In this document: positions 43,010 to 55,834 of the stretch, piece by piece
How positions within the stretch are numbered: the first letter of the stretch is position 1
How the letters are laid out: every line of letters begins with the position of its first letter
Source: Macrostomum lignano
Lineage: Eukaryota
Assembly: GCA_002269645.1 (NCBI GenBank)
Contig: NIVC01002687.1
Span: 1 to 64,000 of the forward strand
Direction: 5' to 3'
Length of the DNA: 64,000 nt
Made by a program: the position numbers and the translations under genes
Notes under the pieces: generated by a model
Seen by the model: only the letters and a program-made list of their open reading frames with translations
Told to the model about the DNA's origin: nothing
Database searches by the model: none

Positions 43010-46000
43010 AGATTGGAGACAGGGAGAGAAGTAGGTTAAGGACAGATTGAGAGAAGTAGGTTAAGGACACAGTGAGAGAATTATGTTAAGGACACAGTGA
43101 GAGAAGTAGGTTAAGGACACAGTGAGAGAATTATGTTAAGGACACAGTGAGAGAAGTAGGTTAAGGACACAGTGAGAGAAGTAGGTTAAGGACACAGTGA
43201 GAGAAGTAGGTTAAGGACACAGTGAGAGAAGTAGGTTAAGGACACAGTGAGAGAATTATGTTAAGGACACAGTGAGAGAAGTAGGTTAAGGACACAGTGA
43301 GAGAAGTAGGTTAAGGACACAGTGAGAGAATTATGTTAAGGACACAGTGAGAGAAGTAGGTTAAGGACACAGTGAGAGAAGTAGGTTAAGGACACAGTGA
43401 GAGAAGTAGGTTAAGGACACAGTGAGAGAATTATGTTAAGGACACAGTGAGAGAAGTAGGTTAAGGACACAGTGAGAGAAGTAGGTTAAGGACACAGTGA
43501 GAGAAGTAGGTTAAAGACACAGTGAGAGAAGTAGGTTAAGGACACAGTGAGAGAAGTAGGTTAAGGACACAGTGAGAGAAGTAGGTTAAGGACACAGTGA
43601 GAGAAGTAGGTTAAGGACACAGTGAGAGAAGTAGGTTAAAGACACAGTGAGAGAAGTAGGTTAAGGACACAGTGAGAGAAGTAGGTTAAGGACACAGTGA
43701 GAGAAGTAGGTTAAGGACACAGTGAGAGAAGTAGGTTAAGGACACAGTGAGAGAAGTAGGTTAAGGACACAGTGAGAGAAGTAGGTTAAGGACACAGTGA
43801 GAGAAGTAGGTTAAGGACACAGTGAGAGAAGTAGGTTAAGGACACAGTGAGAGAATTATGTTAAGGACACAGTGAGAGAAGTAGGTTCAGGACACAGTGA
43901 GAGAAGTAGGTTAAGGACACAGTGAGAGAAGTAGGTTAAAGACACAGTGAGAGAAGTAGGTTAAGGACACAGTGAGAGAATTATGTTAAGGACACAGTGA
44001 GAGAATTATGTTAAGGACACAGTGTGAGAATTAGGTTAAGGACACAGTGTGAGAATTATGTTAAGGACACAGTGAGAGAATTATGTTAAGGACACAGTGA
44101 GAGAATTATGTTAAGGACACAGTGAGAGAATTATGTTAAGGACACAGTGAGAGAATTATGTTAAGGACACAGTGTGAGAATTATGTTAAGGACACAGTGA
44201 GAGAATTATGTTAAGGACACAGTGAGAGAATTATGTTAAGGACACAGTGTGAGAATTATGTTAAGGACACAGTGAGAGAATTATGTTAAGGACACAGTGT
44301 GAGAATTATGTTAAGGACACAGTGAGAGAATTATGTTAAGGACACAGTGTGAGAATTATGTTAAGGACACAGTGAGAGAATTATGTTAAGGACACAGTGT
44401 GAGAATTATGTTAAGGACACAGTGAGAGAATTATGTTAAGGACACAGTGTGAGAATTATGTTAAGGACACAGTGAGAGAATTATGTTAAGGACACAGTGA
44501 GAGAATTATGTTAAGGACACAGTGAGAGAATTATGTTAAGGACACAGTGTGAGAATTATGTTAAGGACACAGTGAGAGAATTATGTTAAGGACACAGTGA
44601 GAGAATTATGTTAAGGACACAGTGTGAGAATTATGTTAAGGACACAGTGTGAGAATTATGTTAAGGACACAGTGTGAGAATTATGTTAAGGACACAGTGT
44701 GAGAATTATGTTAAGGACACAGTGTGAGAATTATGTTAAGGACACAGTGTGAGAATTAGGTTAAGGACACAGTGAGAGAATTATGTTAAGGACACAGTGT
44801 GAGAATTATATTAAGGACACAGTGTGAGAATTATGTTAAGGACACAGTGTGAGAATTATATTAAGGACACAGTGTGAGAATTATGTTAAGGACACAGTGA
44901 GAGAAGTATGTTAAGGACACAGTGAGAGAATTATGTTAAGGACACAGTGTGAGAATTAGGTTAAGGACACAGTGAGAGAATTATGTTAAGGACACAGTGT
45001 GAGAATTATATTAAGGACACAGTGTGAGAATTATGTTAAGGACACAGTGTGAGAATTATATTAAGGACACAGTGTGAGAATTATGTTAAGGACACAGTGA
45101 GAGAAGTATGTTAAGGACACAGTGAGAGAATTATGTTAAGGACACAGAGTGAGAATTATATTAAGGACACAGTGTGAGAATTATGTTAAGGACACAGTGA
45201 GAGAAGTAGGTTAAGGACACAGTGAGAGAAGTAGGTTAAGGACACAGTGAGAGAAGTAGGTTAAGGACACAGAGAGAGAAGTAGGTTAAGGACACAGAGA
45301 GAGAAGTAGGTTAAGAACACAGTGAGAGAATTATGTTAAGGACACAGAGAGAGAAGTAGGTTAAGGACACAGTGTGAGAATTATGTTAAGGAGACAGAGA
45401 GAGAAGTAGGTTAAGGAGACAGTGTGAGAATTATGTTAAGGAGACAGAGAGAGAAGTAGGTTAAGGACACAGAGAGAGAAGTAGGTTAAGGACACAGTGT
45501 GAGAATTATGTTAAGGAGACAGAGAGAGAAGTAGGTTAAGGACACAGTGTGAGAATTATGTTAAGGAGACAGAGAGAGAAGTAGGTTAAGGAGACAGTGT
45601 GAGAATTATGTTAAGGAGACAGAGAGAGAAGTAGGTTAAGGACACAGAGAGAGAAGTAGGTTAAGGACACAGTGTGAGAATTATGTTAAGGAGACAGAGA
45701 GAGAAGTAGGTTAAGGACACAGAGAGAGAAGTAGGTTAAGGAGACAGAGAGAGAAGTAGGTTAAGGACACAGAGAGAGAAGTAGGTTAAGGACACAGAGA
45801 GAGAAGTAGGTTAAGGACACAGTGTGAGAATTATGTTAAGGACACAGTGAGAGAAGTATGTTAAGGACACAGTGAGAGAATTATGTTAAGGACACAGAGT
45901 GAGAATTATATTAAGGACACAGTGTGAGAATTATGTTAAGGACACAGTGAGAGAAGTAGGTTAAGGACACAGTGAGAGAAGTAGGTTAAGGACACAGTGA

Positions 46001-46490
46001 GAGAAGTAGGTTAAGGACACAGAGAGAGAAGTAGGTTAAGGACACAGAGAGAGAAGTAGGTTAAGAACACAGTGAGAGAATTATGTTAAGGACACAGAGA
46101 GAGAAGTAGGTTAAGGACACAGTGTGAGAATTATGTTAAGGAGACAGAGAGAGAAGTAGGTTAAGGAGACAGTGTGAGAATTATGTTAAGGAGACAGAGA
46201 GAGAGAAGTAGGTTAAGGACACAGAGAGAGAAGTAGGTTAAGGACACAGTGTGAGAATTATGTTAAGGAGACAGAGAGAGAAGTAGGTTAAGGACACAGT
46301 GTGAGAATTATGTTAAGGAGACAGAGAGAGAAGTAGGTTAAGGACACAGAGAGAGAAGTAGGTTAAGGAGACAGAGAGAGAAGTAGGTTAAGGACACAGA
46401 GAGAGAAGTAGGTTAAGGACACAGTGAGAGAATTATATTAAGGACACAGTGTGAGAATTATGTTAAGGACACAGTGAGAGAATTATGTTC
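43010..46490. repeat. 25-bp satellite (GTAGGTTAAGGACACAGTGAGAGAA)n, ~3.5 kb
   Basis: About 138 units in variant domains. Confidence 0.99.
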
Positions 46491-46944
46491 TATGTTATTA
46501 TACAGAGGTAGAAATCTGCAGCACTAGCTAGAGGAGAATTCGCTCAATTGTTGTCGGCCAGGAAGGCTCTGGTACACGGCTCCGATAGCTCGTATTGTGT
46601 GAATAGAGAGAGAGGGGGGGAGAGGGATGGCCTCCTTCTTTTCTGCGTTGCTTTTTGACTCTCTTCTAGAAGGGAACAGAGAGGCTGCTGCATATTGCTG
46701 TGAGCTAGCTACAGAACAAACCCCCCTTCCGATCAGAGAGGCGAGGCCTGTGTGTGCTCTAAACCCCCTCCCCTTCTCCCATCTCTTTTTCTGCTTCTCT
46801 TGAGAAATTCTGCAGCCGGGGCTCATCCTCAGCCTCTTGTGTTCAACTCGTGTGATTCTAAATCTATACTAAATGCAACTTTTCAATGGGATCTGTACAC
46901 GTGTACAATGTCTTCTATATTGCTTGCAGATCGGATAAATGATT

Positions 46945-47880
46945 TGGCGCCTAATTCAGTAGAGTACCGCCTAATTCAGTAGTAGAGTTGTTGCCTAATT
47001 GACTATAGTTTTATCGCCTAATTCAGTAGAGTTACCGCCTAATTCAGTAGAGTTACCGCCTAATTCAGTAGGGTTATCGCCTGATTCAGTAGTAAAGTTA
47101 TCGTCTAATTAAGTAGGATCATCGCTTAATTCAGTAGAGTTATCGTCTAATTAAGTAGAATCATCGCCTAATTCAGTAGTAGAGTTATCGTCTAATTAAG
47201 TAGGATCATCGCTTAATTCAGTAGAGTTATCGCCTAATCCAGCAGAGTTATCGCCTAATCTAGCAGAGTTATCGCCTAATCTAGCAGAGTTATCGCCTAA
47301 TCCAGCAGAGTTATCGCCTAATCTAGCAGAGTTATCGCCTAATCCAGCAGAGTTATCGCCTAATCCAGCAGAGTTATCGCCTAATCTAGCAGAGTTATCG
47401 CCTAATCTAGCAGAGTTATCGCCTAATCTAGCAGAGTTATCGCCTAATCTAGCAGAGTTATCGCCTAATCTAGCAGAGTTATCGCCTAATCCAGCAGAGT
47501 TATCGCCTAATCCAGCAGAGTTATCGCCTAATCTAGCAGAGTAATCGCCTAATCCAGCAGAGTTATCGCCTAATCCAGCAGAGTTATCGCCTAATCCAGC
47601 AGAGTTATCGCCTAATCCAGCAGAGTTATCGCCTAATCTAGCAGAGTTATCGCCTAATCCAGCAGAGTTATCGCCTAATCCAGCAGAGTTATCGCCTAAT
47701 CCAGCAGAGTTATCGCCTAATCCAGCAGAGTTATCGCCTAATCTAGCAGAGTTATCGCCTAATCCAGCAGAGTTATCGCCTAATCCAGCAGAGTTATCGC
47801 CTAATTCAGCAGAGTTATCGCCTAATCCAGCAGAGTTATCGCCTAATCCAGCAGAGTTATCGCCTAATCCAGCAGAGTTA
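46945..47880. repeat. 21-bp minisatellite (AGAGTTATCGCCTAATCCAGC)n
   Basis: Period 21. The array is degenerate at its left end and homogeneous on the right. Confidence 0.97.
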
Positions 47881-48324
47881 TCGTGGCATTTCCCTCCCCT
47901 CCCCGACCCGTTACTGATTTTTTGATGTCGCCTCTCTCGACTCTGCTGGAAGTCGTGATTTTCTTCGCCGAAGCGACATCATTCTGGCACGTGTCACTCA
48001 AGAAGAGCTGCTCCTTATATTTACCTGTTCCAGTCTCCCCTCCCCCATCACGGCAGTTTCTCACTAAGACGCCTGCTTTTAGGAGAAGTTGGAGAGCATG
48101 AACTCAATTAGTGGCCCACGAGAAGGGAAGCAGAGGTAAAGAGAGCGGCCATACGCAAAATAGTCGTCGTCTAAATTTGAATATTCAAGACAGAAGTTAA
48201 CTCTGTACTTTTTATCAAACTGCGCATTTTTACCTTGAACACCAACCAAGGTACACCAACCAACCGACTCCGTAGCGCGGTTAGGCGCCTGTTGCTCCCA
48301 GTCCCTGCAACTCCAACTATTTCC

Positions 48325-48870
48325 TGTCCTCAGGCTGGTCGAGGTGGCATCGAGCGTCGGCTGAAGATCCGAGGTGCTGGCTGTGCCGGCCGACATCCTA
48401 ACGGACCTGACGTGCCGCGGCGACAGGAAGACGACCAGGCTCGCACGCTGCCAGCGGTTCACCTACCTCGGCGGTCTGGTGCCCCACGTGGAGGAGGACC
48501 TCCGGCGGCGCAGAGGACTCGTCTGGGCGGCGTAGCTTCCGTTCGATCCGAGCCTTTCGAGCTGACGAGGGCGTCGGGACCGAGGCCCTGTACGAAGGGG
48601 CCAAGCTGCAGCGCCCGTCCACCATCCTGCGCCGGTGGCGACTTCAACTGGCGGGCCACGTGATCCGGGCCGAGGGCTACTGCCCCCAACCTGTTCAGGA
48701 CGTCCTGCTGCTCACCTTGCAGGGCCGGTCAGGCCCGAACCCGTCGATACGTGGACTGCCTGCTGTGCGACGCTGGGGCGCCCGACACTGCCAACGGAGC
48801 GAACTTTGTCGGCTCTCAGGCTGCTGCAGCGCGCTAACTGTGAACCTGCATGCGGACCTGCGTACTTTGG
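48325..48870 (+). mobile_element. Third decayed RTE-clade LINE 3' fragment
   Basis: EVLAVPADILTDLTCRG...RLARCQRFTYLGGLVPHVEEDLRRRRGLVWAA*, an internal deletion, then RRWRLQLAGHVIRAEGYCPQPVQDVLLLTLQG. It is highly similar to 8212-8895. Confidence 0.85.
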
Positions 48871-49369
48871 TGTTGTCTATGGCGAAACCTCATTCAGTTC
48901 TATGCGTTTTCTTTAGTAGAGAGCATACTAAATTCACTGGCTATACGACAAATGTGACATTCCTCTCCGGCCTCCAACTCATTTTTAAGAAACTCGAGTG
49001 TAAACCTCCTTCTACTTCAGCTATCCATTATTACATTATCCCTGCAATATAATTAGAGCTGTCGGAATAAAAGTGCAGACACGTTTTACCTGCTTGCCGA
49101 TATGGAGTTATCCATAATTGGGACTACAAGCTGACGGAAGACAATGCGAGTTTCGGCAAACAGAAATTTAGAAAGCACTTCGCTGCTGTTAGCAATATCG
49201 GCAATGTTAGCAATATCTCCGTATTTTAAGCAGGTAATTTCTATTCTATTTGAGAAACTATTATGTACTGTAAAAGATAAAGTAGCCATGACACTTGATT
49301 GGAGGAGAGACGTTGGTTAAAAAAGAGGTAGATAGGGTAGAGGGCGAGAAGTAGACCAAAACGAAGAAT

Positions 49370-49632
49370 AAAGGTAGACTAGCTAGAATGAGAGAAGTGG
49401 ATAAGGTAGACTAGCTAGAATGAGAGAAGTGGATAAGGTAGACTAGCTAGAATGAGAGAACTAGATAAGGTAGACTAGCTAGAATGAGAGAAGTAGATAA
49501 GGTAGACTAGCTAGAATGAGAGAAGTAGATAAGGTAGACTAGCTAGAATAAGAGAAGTGGATAAGGTAGACTAGCTAGAATGAGAGAAGTGGATAAGGTA
49601 GACTAGCTAGAATGAGAGAAGTGGATAAGGTA
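49370..49632. repeat. 32-bp minisatellite x~8
   Basis: AAGGTAGACTAGCTAGAATGAGAGAAGTGGAT units at 49371, 49403 and onward. Confidence 0.95.
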
Positions 49633-49997
49633 GACTAGCTAGAATGAGAGAAGCATATCAGATGTAGGATGGGTTGGCTATAGGGAGAGGTAGGTAAACA
49701 ACAAAATCCATACAATATCATATTTATAGTAAATTGTACTTAGAAGAAATTTACTCCAACAAAGAAACGAAAAAAAGAACCGCCTCACTAAAATTTTCCG
49801 GAATAGTGATTGTAATACAACAGTTTATTAACGTTCTTATTTTTTCAATTGGTTTTTGAATAAAGTTTTAATAGAAAAAAGTCGACCTTCACAATAAAAT
49901 AAAATAATATCTGTTGAGTGTTGGGCATGGAAAAGTCTGTACAGGCCCCAGTGTCCAGGTCCCTTCACCCTAGGAGTTCGGAGTAATCAAGGCGAGC

Positions 49998-50861
49998 TCA
50001 CTCGTACACAAACTGGATTTCGGAGCCGGACATCCGCTCGGCAATCGCCTTGTCCAACTCTTCGTTGTCGGCCACAGTCAGGTGATTTTTCCAATCGCCG
50101 ATCTCGCCCCGACGAATGAAACTGACGCCGGCCTTCCAGCCGTCGGTCTCGCCACCGCGACTGACGTTCACGTTCGGGTTGTCTCGCATCGCCTGGAAGC
50201 TGGTGGCCTCCAGCGTGTCTTTCAACAGCTGGTCGGTCAGCTCTACGCCGATGAAGTCGGCAAGGCGGCGGACCTGGGTGGCCTTGTCGACGAGAAGGTC
50301 CTCGTAGAACAGCACCAGCACCCGGGGGTGGTCGCGCAGGGCCCACCAGCCCAGGTTGAAGTCGAAGTAGTCCGGCTGCCCGTGCTTCGCCGGCTGGTAG
50401 ACCATGGCCCGCCAGAAGTCCTCGAACTTGCTGGGCACCTGCTCCGAGAAGGTCTTGGTGCCGTGAAAGTGGTGATACTTGGACACTAAGACGTCTTTAG
50501 GATTGCGAATCACGATGACATTCTTTGGCCCGCCGCCTGCCTGCTTGAGGTGCCGCCTGTGGTACTTGGCTGGCAGGTGGGTCTTGAGCACCCGGGGGCT
50601 CGGCATGGCCCGGGCCTGCTCAAGCGGGTCGGCTCCGCCCGGCGGTCGGAAGTCGATGAAAGGCGACCGGACGGCCTGGTCGGTGGCGCGGGTCTTCTCC
50701 ACTCCGTACAGCAGGCAGGACACGATCTCCTGGGCCAGGGTGGTGCCGGATTTGTGATAAGTCGACACCAGCACATCGTCGTCAAAGAACTGGAAGCTTT
50801 CGGAGAATTCTCGAACCGTCGGATCGGTTGCTAGGCGAGGAGCGACGCAGTACTGGGACAT
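49998..50861 (-). CDS. Cytosolic (PAPS-dependent) sulfotransferase, SULT1-like, 287 aa, single coding exon
   Basis: The ATG at 50861 (MSQYCV) is open to the stop at 49998. Motifs: 5'-PSB loop STYHKSGTT, catalytic-His motif RVLKTHLP, 3'-PB IVIRNPKDVLVS, VLFYEDL and C-terminal RRGEIGDWKN. Confidence 0.95.
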   Translation of the reverse strand: MSQYCVAPRLATDPTVREFSESFQFFDDDVLVSTYHKSGTTLAQEIVSCLLYGVEKTRATDQAVRSPFIDFRPPGGADPLEQARAMPSPRVLKTHLPAKYHRRHLKQAGGGPKNVIVIRNPKDVLVSKYHHFHGTKTFSEQVPSKFEDFWRAMVYQPAKHGQPDYFDFNLGWWALRDHPRVLVLFYEDLLVDKATQVRRLADFIGVELTDQLLKDTLEATSFQAMRDNPNVNVSRGGETDGWKAGVSFIRRGEIGDWKNHLTVADNEELDKAIAERMSGSEIQFVYE

Positions 50862-51464
50862 TGCGGCGGCTCTGGGTGTTGGATTCAAGGGTAAAAATGT
50901 GCGAAACCCAATGAGCAAAAAGTGGCGAAAATTTGGTTGAGAATGCGCCCGCCTTTTTATAGAAATCTGTTATCAAAGTACAGCGAAGTATCCACAGGGT
51001 GGCAGCGTGTTCTGAGCGCAGTGCTTGGCGAAACGCGCGGGTCCAATAGGTCGTATCGGCTGCCCGATATCAGGTTTATTACTTGGCTTCTTTTGAAATT
51101 TCTCGCCGCACCCAGCCAAGAGATCAACAGAAATTGATAAGAAATTTCAGCGAAGTGATGTTCTTTTAGCTGTCTAAAGCTTCTGCTTAGCCCTACGTAG
51201 AGCCACCTACGTTGCGCCTTCGAAAAATTTTGCCTATTATACTCGTAGATTTCAACTCGCCAAGTCACGTGATGTTTGTTAAAGTGATGCGTTTTTATGT
51301 TTGACTTACTTTACTTGGACTTAGCTCGTAGCTGCAGGGGGCTCCGCGCATCCGGAGGCAGCGAGTAGGCGTTGCCACCAATTTCGCTAAGCCCTGGCCA
51401 CCACAGGCACATTGTTTCTAAGACAGCCTTTTAATTGATTCTTCGTGACAGCAGTATTAGACGG

Positions 51465-52390
51465 ATCAGAGAGATCAGGGATATTAGATAGAGATCAGAG
51501 AGAGATCAGAGAAATCAGAGAGAGAGAGATCAGACATCAGAGAGAGATCAGACATCAGAGGGAAATCAGAGAGAGATCAGAGAGAGATCAGAGATCAGAG
51601 ATCAGAGGGACATCAGAGAGAGATCAGAGAGAGAGAGAGAGAGAGAGATCAGAGAGATCAGAGAGAGATCAGAGATCAGAGATCAGAGGGACATCAGAGA
51701 GAGATCAGAGAGAGAGAAATCAGACATCAGAGAGAGATCAGAGAGAGAGAGAGATCAGAGAGATCAGAGAGAGATCAGAGATCAGAGATCAGAGGGACAT
51801 CAGAGAGAGATCAGACATCAGAGAGAGATCAGACATCAGAGAGAGATCAGAGAGAGAGATCAGAGAGAGATCAGAGAGAGAGAGATCCGAGAGATCAGAG
51901 AGAGATCAGAGAGAGAGATCCGAGAGATCAGAGAGAGATCAGAGATCAGAGATCAGAGGGACATCAGAGAGAGATCAGAGAGAGAGAGAGATCCGAGAGA
52001 TCAGAGAGAGATCAGAGATCAGAGATCAGAGATCAGAGATCAGAGGGACATCAGAGAGAGATCAGAGAGAGAGAGATCCGAGAGATCAGAGAGAGATCAG
52101 AGATCAGAGATCAGAGGGACATCAGAGAGAGATCAGAGAGAGAGAGATCCGAGAGATCAGAGAGAGATCAGAGATCAGAGATCAGAGGGACATCAGAGAG
52201 AGATCAGAGAGAGAGAGATCCGAGAGATCAGAGAGAGATCAGAGATCAGAGATCAGAGGGACATCAGAGAGAGATCAGAGAGAGAGAGAGATCCGAGAGA
52301 TCAGAGAGAGATCAGAGATCAGAGATCAGAGGGACATCAGAGAGAGATCAGAGAGAGAGATCAGAGAGATCAGAGAGAGATCAGAGAGAT
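51465..52390. repeat. GAGATCA/GA mosaic microsatellite
   Basis: Mixed (GA)n and GATCAGA units. Confidence 0.97.
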
Positions 52391-53274
52391 AATACAATGC
52401 AATTTCCAGAAAAGTTCGAAAACAGCTGAGCTACATGTAGTTTTACAGGAACTGCTGATTTTGTTAGAATTGGCTGTATTCAGTGAAAAGTATCGCCAAG
52501 AATTAACGAGCTAAAAACTTCACTCATCGCATGAGCCATCAAATACAGTAAATAAAGATAAAAGCAACAGATTAAAGAAGTAAAAGTGCTCATTGAAAAG
52601 TTTCTCTGGCACGGACTGGTGCGAGGCGCTTATCTTAGTCACTGTGCTGTAAACTGTGCAGCGAGTTTATTAGCAGAACTGATCGAGTCAATTGCAACGT
52701 TTGTCATACGTTTTTCCGCTATACTAAGAATGAATTATTTGAAAACTTGATTCGCTTTGCTAGTTATATAGCAATTCGAGAGTAGAATTCATGGGAATTC
52801 TTGCATCGGAAGATGGATTGCGAGGAAAGTTACCTACAGCCGAAGATGCGACTCTGCTTGGGGGTTCATCGGGACGGGAGTCTGCTTCAGCAACCAGAGA
52901 ACTTTTTCAACAGGAGATCCTTTGTGACTGACGGAAATCTGCAGAGTGCTAGGCTACTATGAGTGGTATGAGTGAACGTGAACTCTATGGTTTCCAAAGT
53001 CTCGGGTGTCCTGTGTCCATTGTGAAATTAATTGCAACCTTTCCGACCAAGGACTACTTAAGTAGAAGGACGCAACACTCGAAATCTATGGTAAATGTTT
53101 TGAAGGCAACTTTTCGCCGAAAAATACACTACAGAGATAGGAGGTTTTAATTTTTTCAGCACAAAAATGGTTATTGCTTTTGATAGGAGGCAGATCCAGT
53201 GTTCATCTTTTGATATGCTGTGTCTTTCTTATTGCTCTATCAATATTCATAAAGCTTTTCGTTCAGAAATAGTC

Positions 53275-53720
53275 TTAACAGTAGAAAGACCATGGGGTGT
53301 ATTTCAAATACACACATTTTTCCTTTGTCTGGATCTCCAAGAATATTCAACCAATTGCCATGAAAATCCAGAATACGGGCTAAAATTTTCCGCTCTATTC
53401 GATAGAGCAACTTCGAGAATCACGAAAAATTGGCATCGTCGAGATATTCAACGATTCTCCTCGGGTTGTCTAGTGACACAAACCACCAACATAGGCAAAG
53501 TTTTTCTGCTCAAAAAATCTCATCATGAAACCACGACGGCTCAACAAATTTTGCATATCAATCGTAGAGGCCTTTGTTCTCAGCATCCCAGGCACCAGGG
53601 TCCCCTTGATCACCGTCTGGAGCATCGGCAGCGACCGTCGGGACCTTCAACAAAAGCACCCGATCGGCATCTCAGAGACGGCTACCTTCCCAAAACTGAA
53701 ATGGAAGAATCCTCTTCAGC
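53275..53720 (+). mobile_element. Truncated piggyBac left end plus start of transposase
   Basis: Starts TTAACAGTAGAAAGACCATGGGGTGT. It is collinear with the reverse complement of 55561-55110 and breaks off near 53720. Confidence 0.8.
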
Positions 53721-53999
53721 ATGTAGCATTCAGTCAGTAGACACAATCGGTGAATGAAATGGACGATGGCGACCCTCTAGGCTGACCTGTAGACATACAG
53801 GCGACCTTCGGGACCTTAACGGAGTGCCACCACGCGGCCCCGACGAGCTGGCACCCCCAACATCGTGATTTTTCTATCAAGGCACCAAACCAGGCATGTC
53901 TGCATATTATACAATGCGTTTGCAACATTTATAATTGGAGAGTTACAGATTTAACTCGCGACTGAAAAATATAAAATATTTCAATTTGTAAAAAATTAT

Positions 54000-55561
54000 A
54001 TTACAGCATGTCAAAAATTAGATTACTGGAAATTCAGTGCAGAAGGATCTGAACACCGACACAGACACAAAAGCGGAGTCAATTTTCATCGCAGTGTGTC
54101 TTCGGCAAATTCCTTCGTCACACATACAACACTTCCTTGTTGTCGCACTCAAAGCTTCTCGTCCTTTGACTTTTGTTTCGCGCATGTTGCACAGCGCTTT
54201 CTGCCCCAACTGACACCACAGCCGCCGCTTCGCGTGCCTGTTCCTTTATTTGCTCGTCGTTGATTTGACAACCTGCGAGCTGGAACATCAGCCGGTGATG
54301 ATTGGACAGATTCTGAAGAAGAGCGGCCGATTACGAGCGCTCCTCGATCAGAGGTTGCAGAAGTTGCGCAGCTGCCTTGCGCTGGAACTCGTTGCGATAG
54401 TTCGGCGAGGCGCAGAGCTCCGGGTGCGCCAGTCTCCAGATAGCAGCGGCATTTACAGCTGCTATGTTGAGTATGCCGCCGGAGAAGATTGCCTTCTCAC
54501 ATGAGTCGGACTTTCGCTTGCAGTCGGATGTGCGGAACATCCTGTTGCAGGTGTCCGTGCCACTCTTGGTAGAGTTGTAGTACGTGCCTATTGCTACAGG
54601 CTTGCCATTGGGAAGCAATTGTCTGTCGTGATACATGGTGGACAGCAACATCACGTTTCGGCCCGCCTTGGGCCAGTAGGACACACACGTGAGCTCTTCA
54701 GAAAACCGGAATTCGCTCGTGTGTGGAGCCATGGTTTGAATTGAATTCTTGACATCGACTGGCAGGCCATCACGAGTGCACATCACTGTTCCAAGAAACG
54801 TGAATCCCATTTCTCAGTACAAGTGATTGGCCAGCGCAGGACTCGAGAAGAATCTGTCACATGTGATGCGTGTACCAGTGTCATCTGAATGGATCAGCCA
54901 AGCGGCAAACAACTTGCTCACCAATCTCCACACCTCGGAGCCCTCGGCCAACCGAGCATCGGATTTCTGTGATGCAAAAGTAGTGGACAGCAGTGTTCCT
55001 TTGCCAGTGCAGATTTCCGCATTGAACACATAGCGGATGTCCATGTCATCCTGAATCTCTGGATTCCCAGCCGATGTCAGCAGGAACAGCTTGGCACCAT
55101 TGCGACTGGCTTCTTCAATTTCAGTTTTGGGAAGGCAGCCGTCTGTGAGATGCCGATCAGGTGCTTTTGTTGAAGGTCCCGACGGTCGCTGCCGATGCTC
55201 CAAACGGTGATGAAAGGGACCCTGGTGCCTGGAATGCTGAAAACAAAGGCCTCTACGACAGATGGACCCAGATTATTGAGCCAAAATGAATTCACCATAA
55301 AGGTTTATACAGTGTAGTGTTGGTTGTCCTTGCCACCAGTGTCTTCGACAAGAATCGTTGAATATCTCGACGCTGCTGACGTCGGATGACTTTGAAAGTT
55401 AGTTCGTCGGAAAGGGCGGAAAATTTTGATCCATATGGTGGACTTTTACGAAACTCGGTAATTCGGTTTGCGAGCTATCGTGAAATGAGTCGTGTGTATT
55501 TGTAATACACCCCCGTGGTCTTTCCCCATGGGGAAAAATAGCATGGTCTTTCTACTGTTAA
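54000..55561 (-). mobile_element. Decayed piggyBac (PGBD4-like) DNA transposon
   Basis: YVFNAEICTGK, RITCDRFFSSPALANHLY*, FLGTV, VSYWPKAGRNVMLLSTMYH, KPVAIGTYYNSTKSGTD, NIAAVNA and a Cys-rich C-terminus (KCCMCDEGICRRH). The terminus is CATGGTCTTTCTACTG-TTAA at 55542-55561. An internal stop and frameshifts are present. Confidence 0.92.
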
Positions 55562-55662
55562 AGGCAGGTTTCACCGGAAAAATACACTACGGAGACAGGA
55601 AATTTCACGATTTTCAACACTAAAACAGTGATTGGGTCTCTTAACAGTGTCAGAGAAAGTTT

Positions 55663-55834
55663 TAATCACATTATTTTGTGCCTCATATGTTGCTCAACGA
55701 CGCATTAATCGATTTTCATGTTAAATTGGTCTTGCCATTATCTTAAACGTTTTTTCAAGCGACAAACCAATTTAGCATGAAAAATCGATTAATGCGTCGT
55801 TGAGCAACATGTGAGACACAAAATAGTGTGATTA
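55663..55834. mobile_element. 172-bp foldback (MITE-like inverted repeat) with TA at both ends
   Basis: Arms 55663-55730 and 55766-55834 are reverse complements apart from 4 substitutions and a 1-nt indel. Confidence 0.65.

Noticed and set aside
52780-53150. GC-richer segment upstream of the piggyBac end
   Set aside because: It lies outside the TTAA boundary and gives no recognisable protein motif in any frame.
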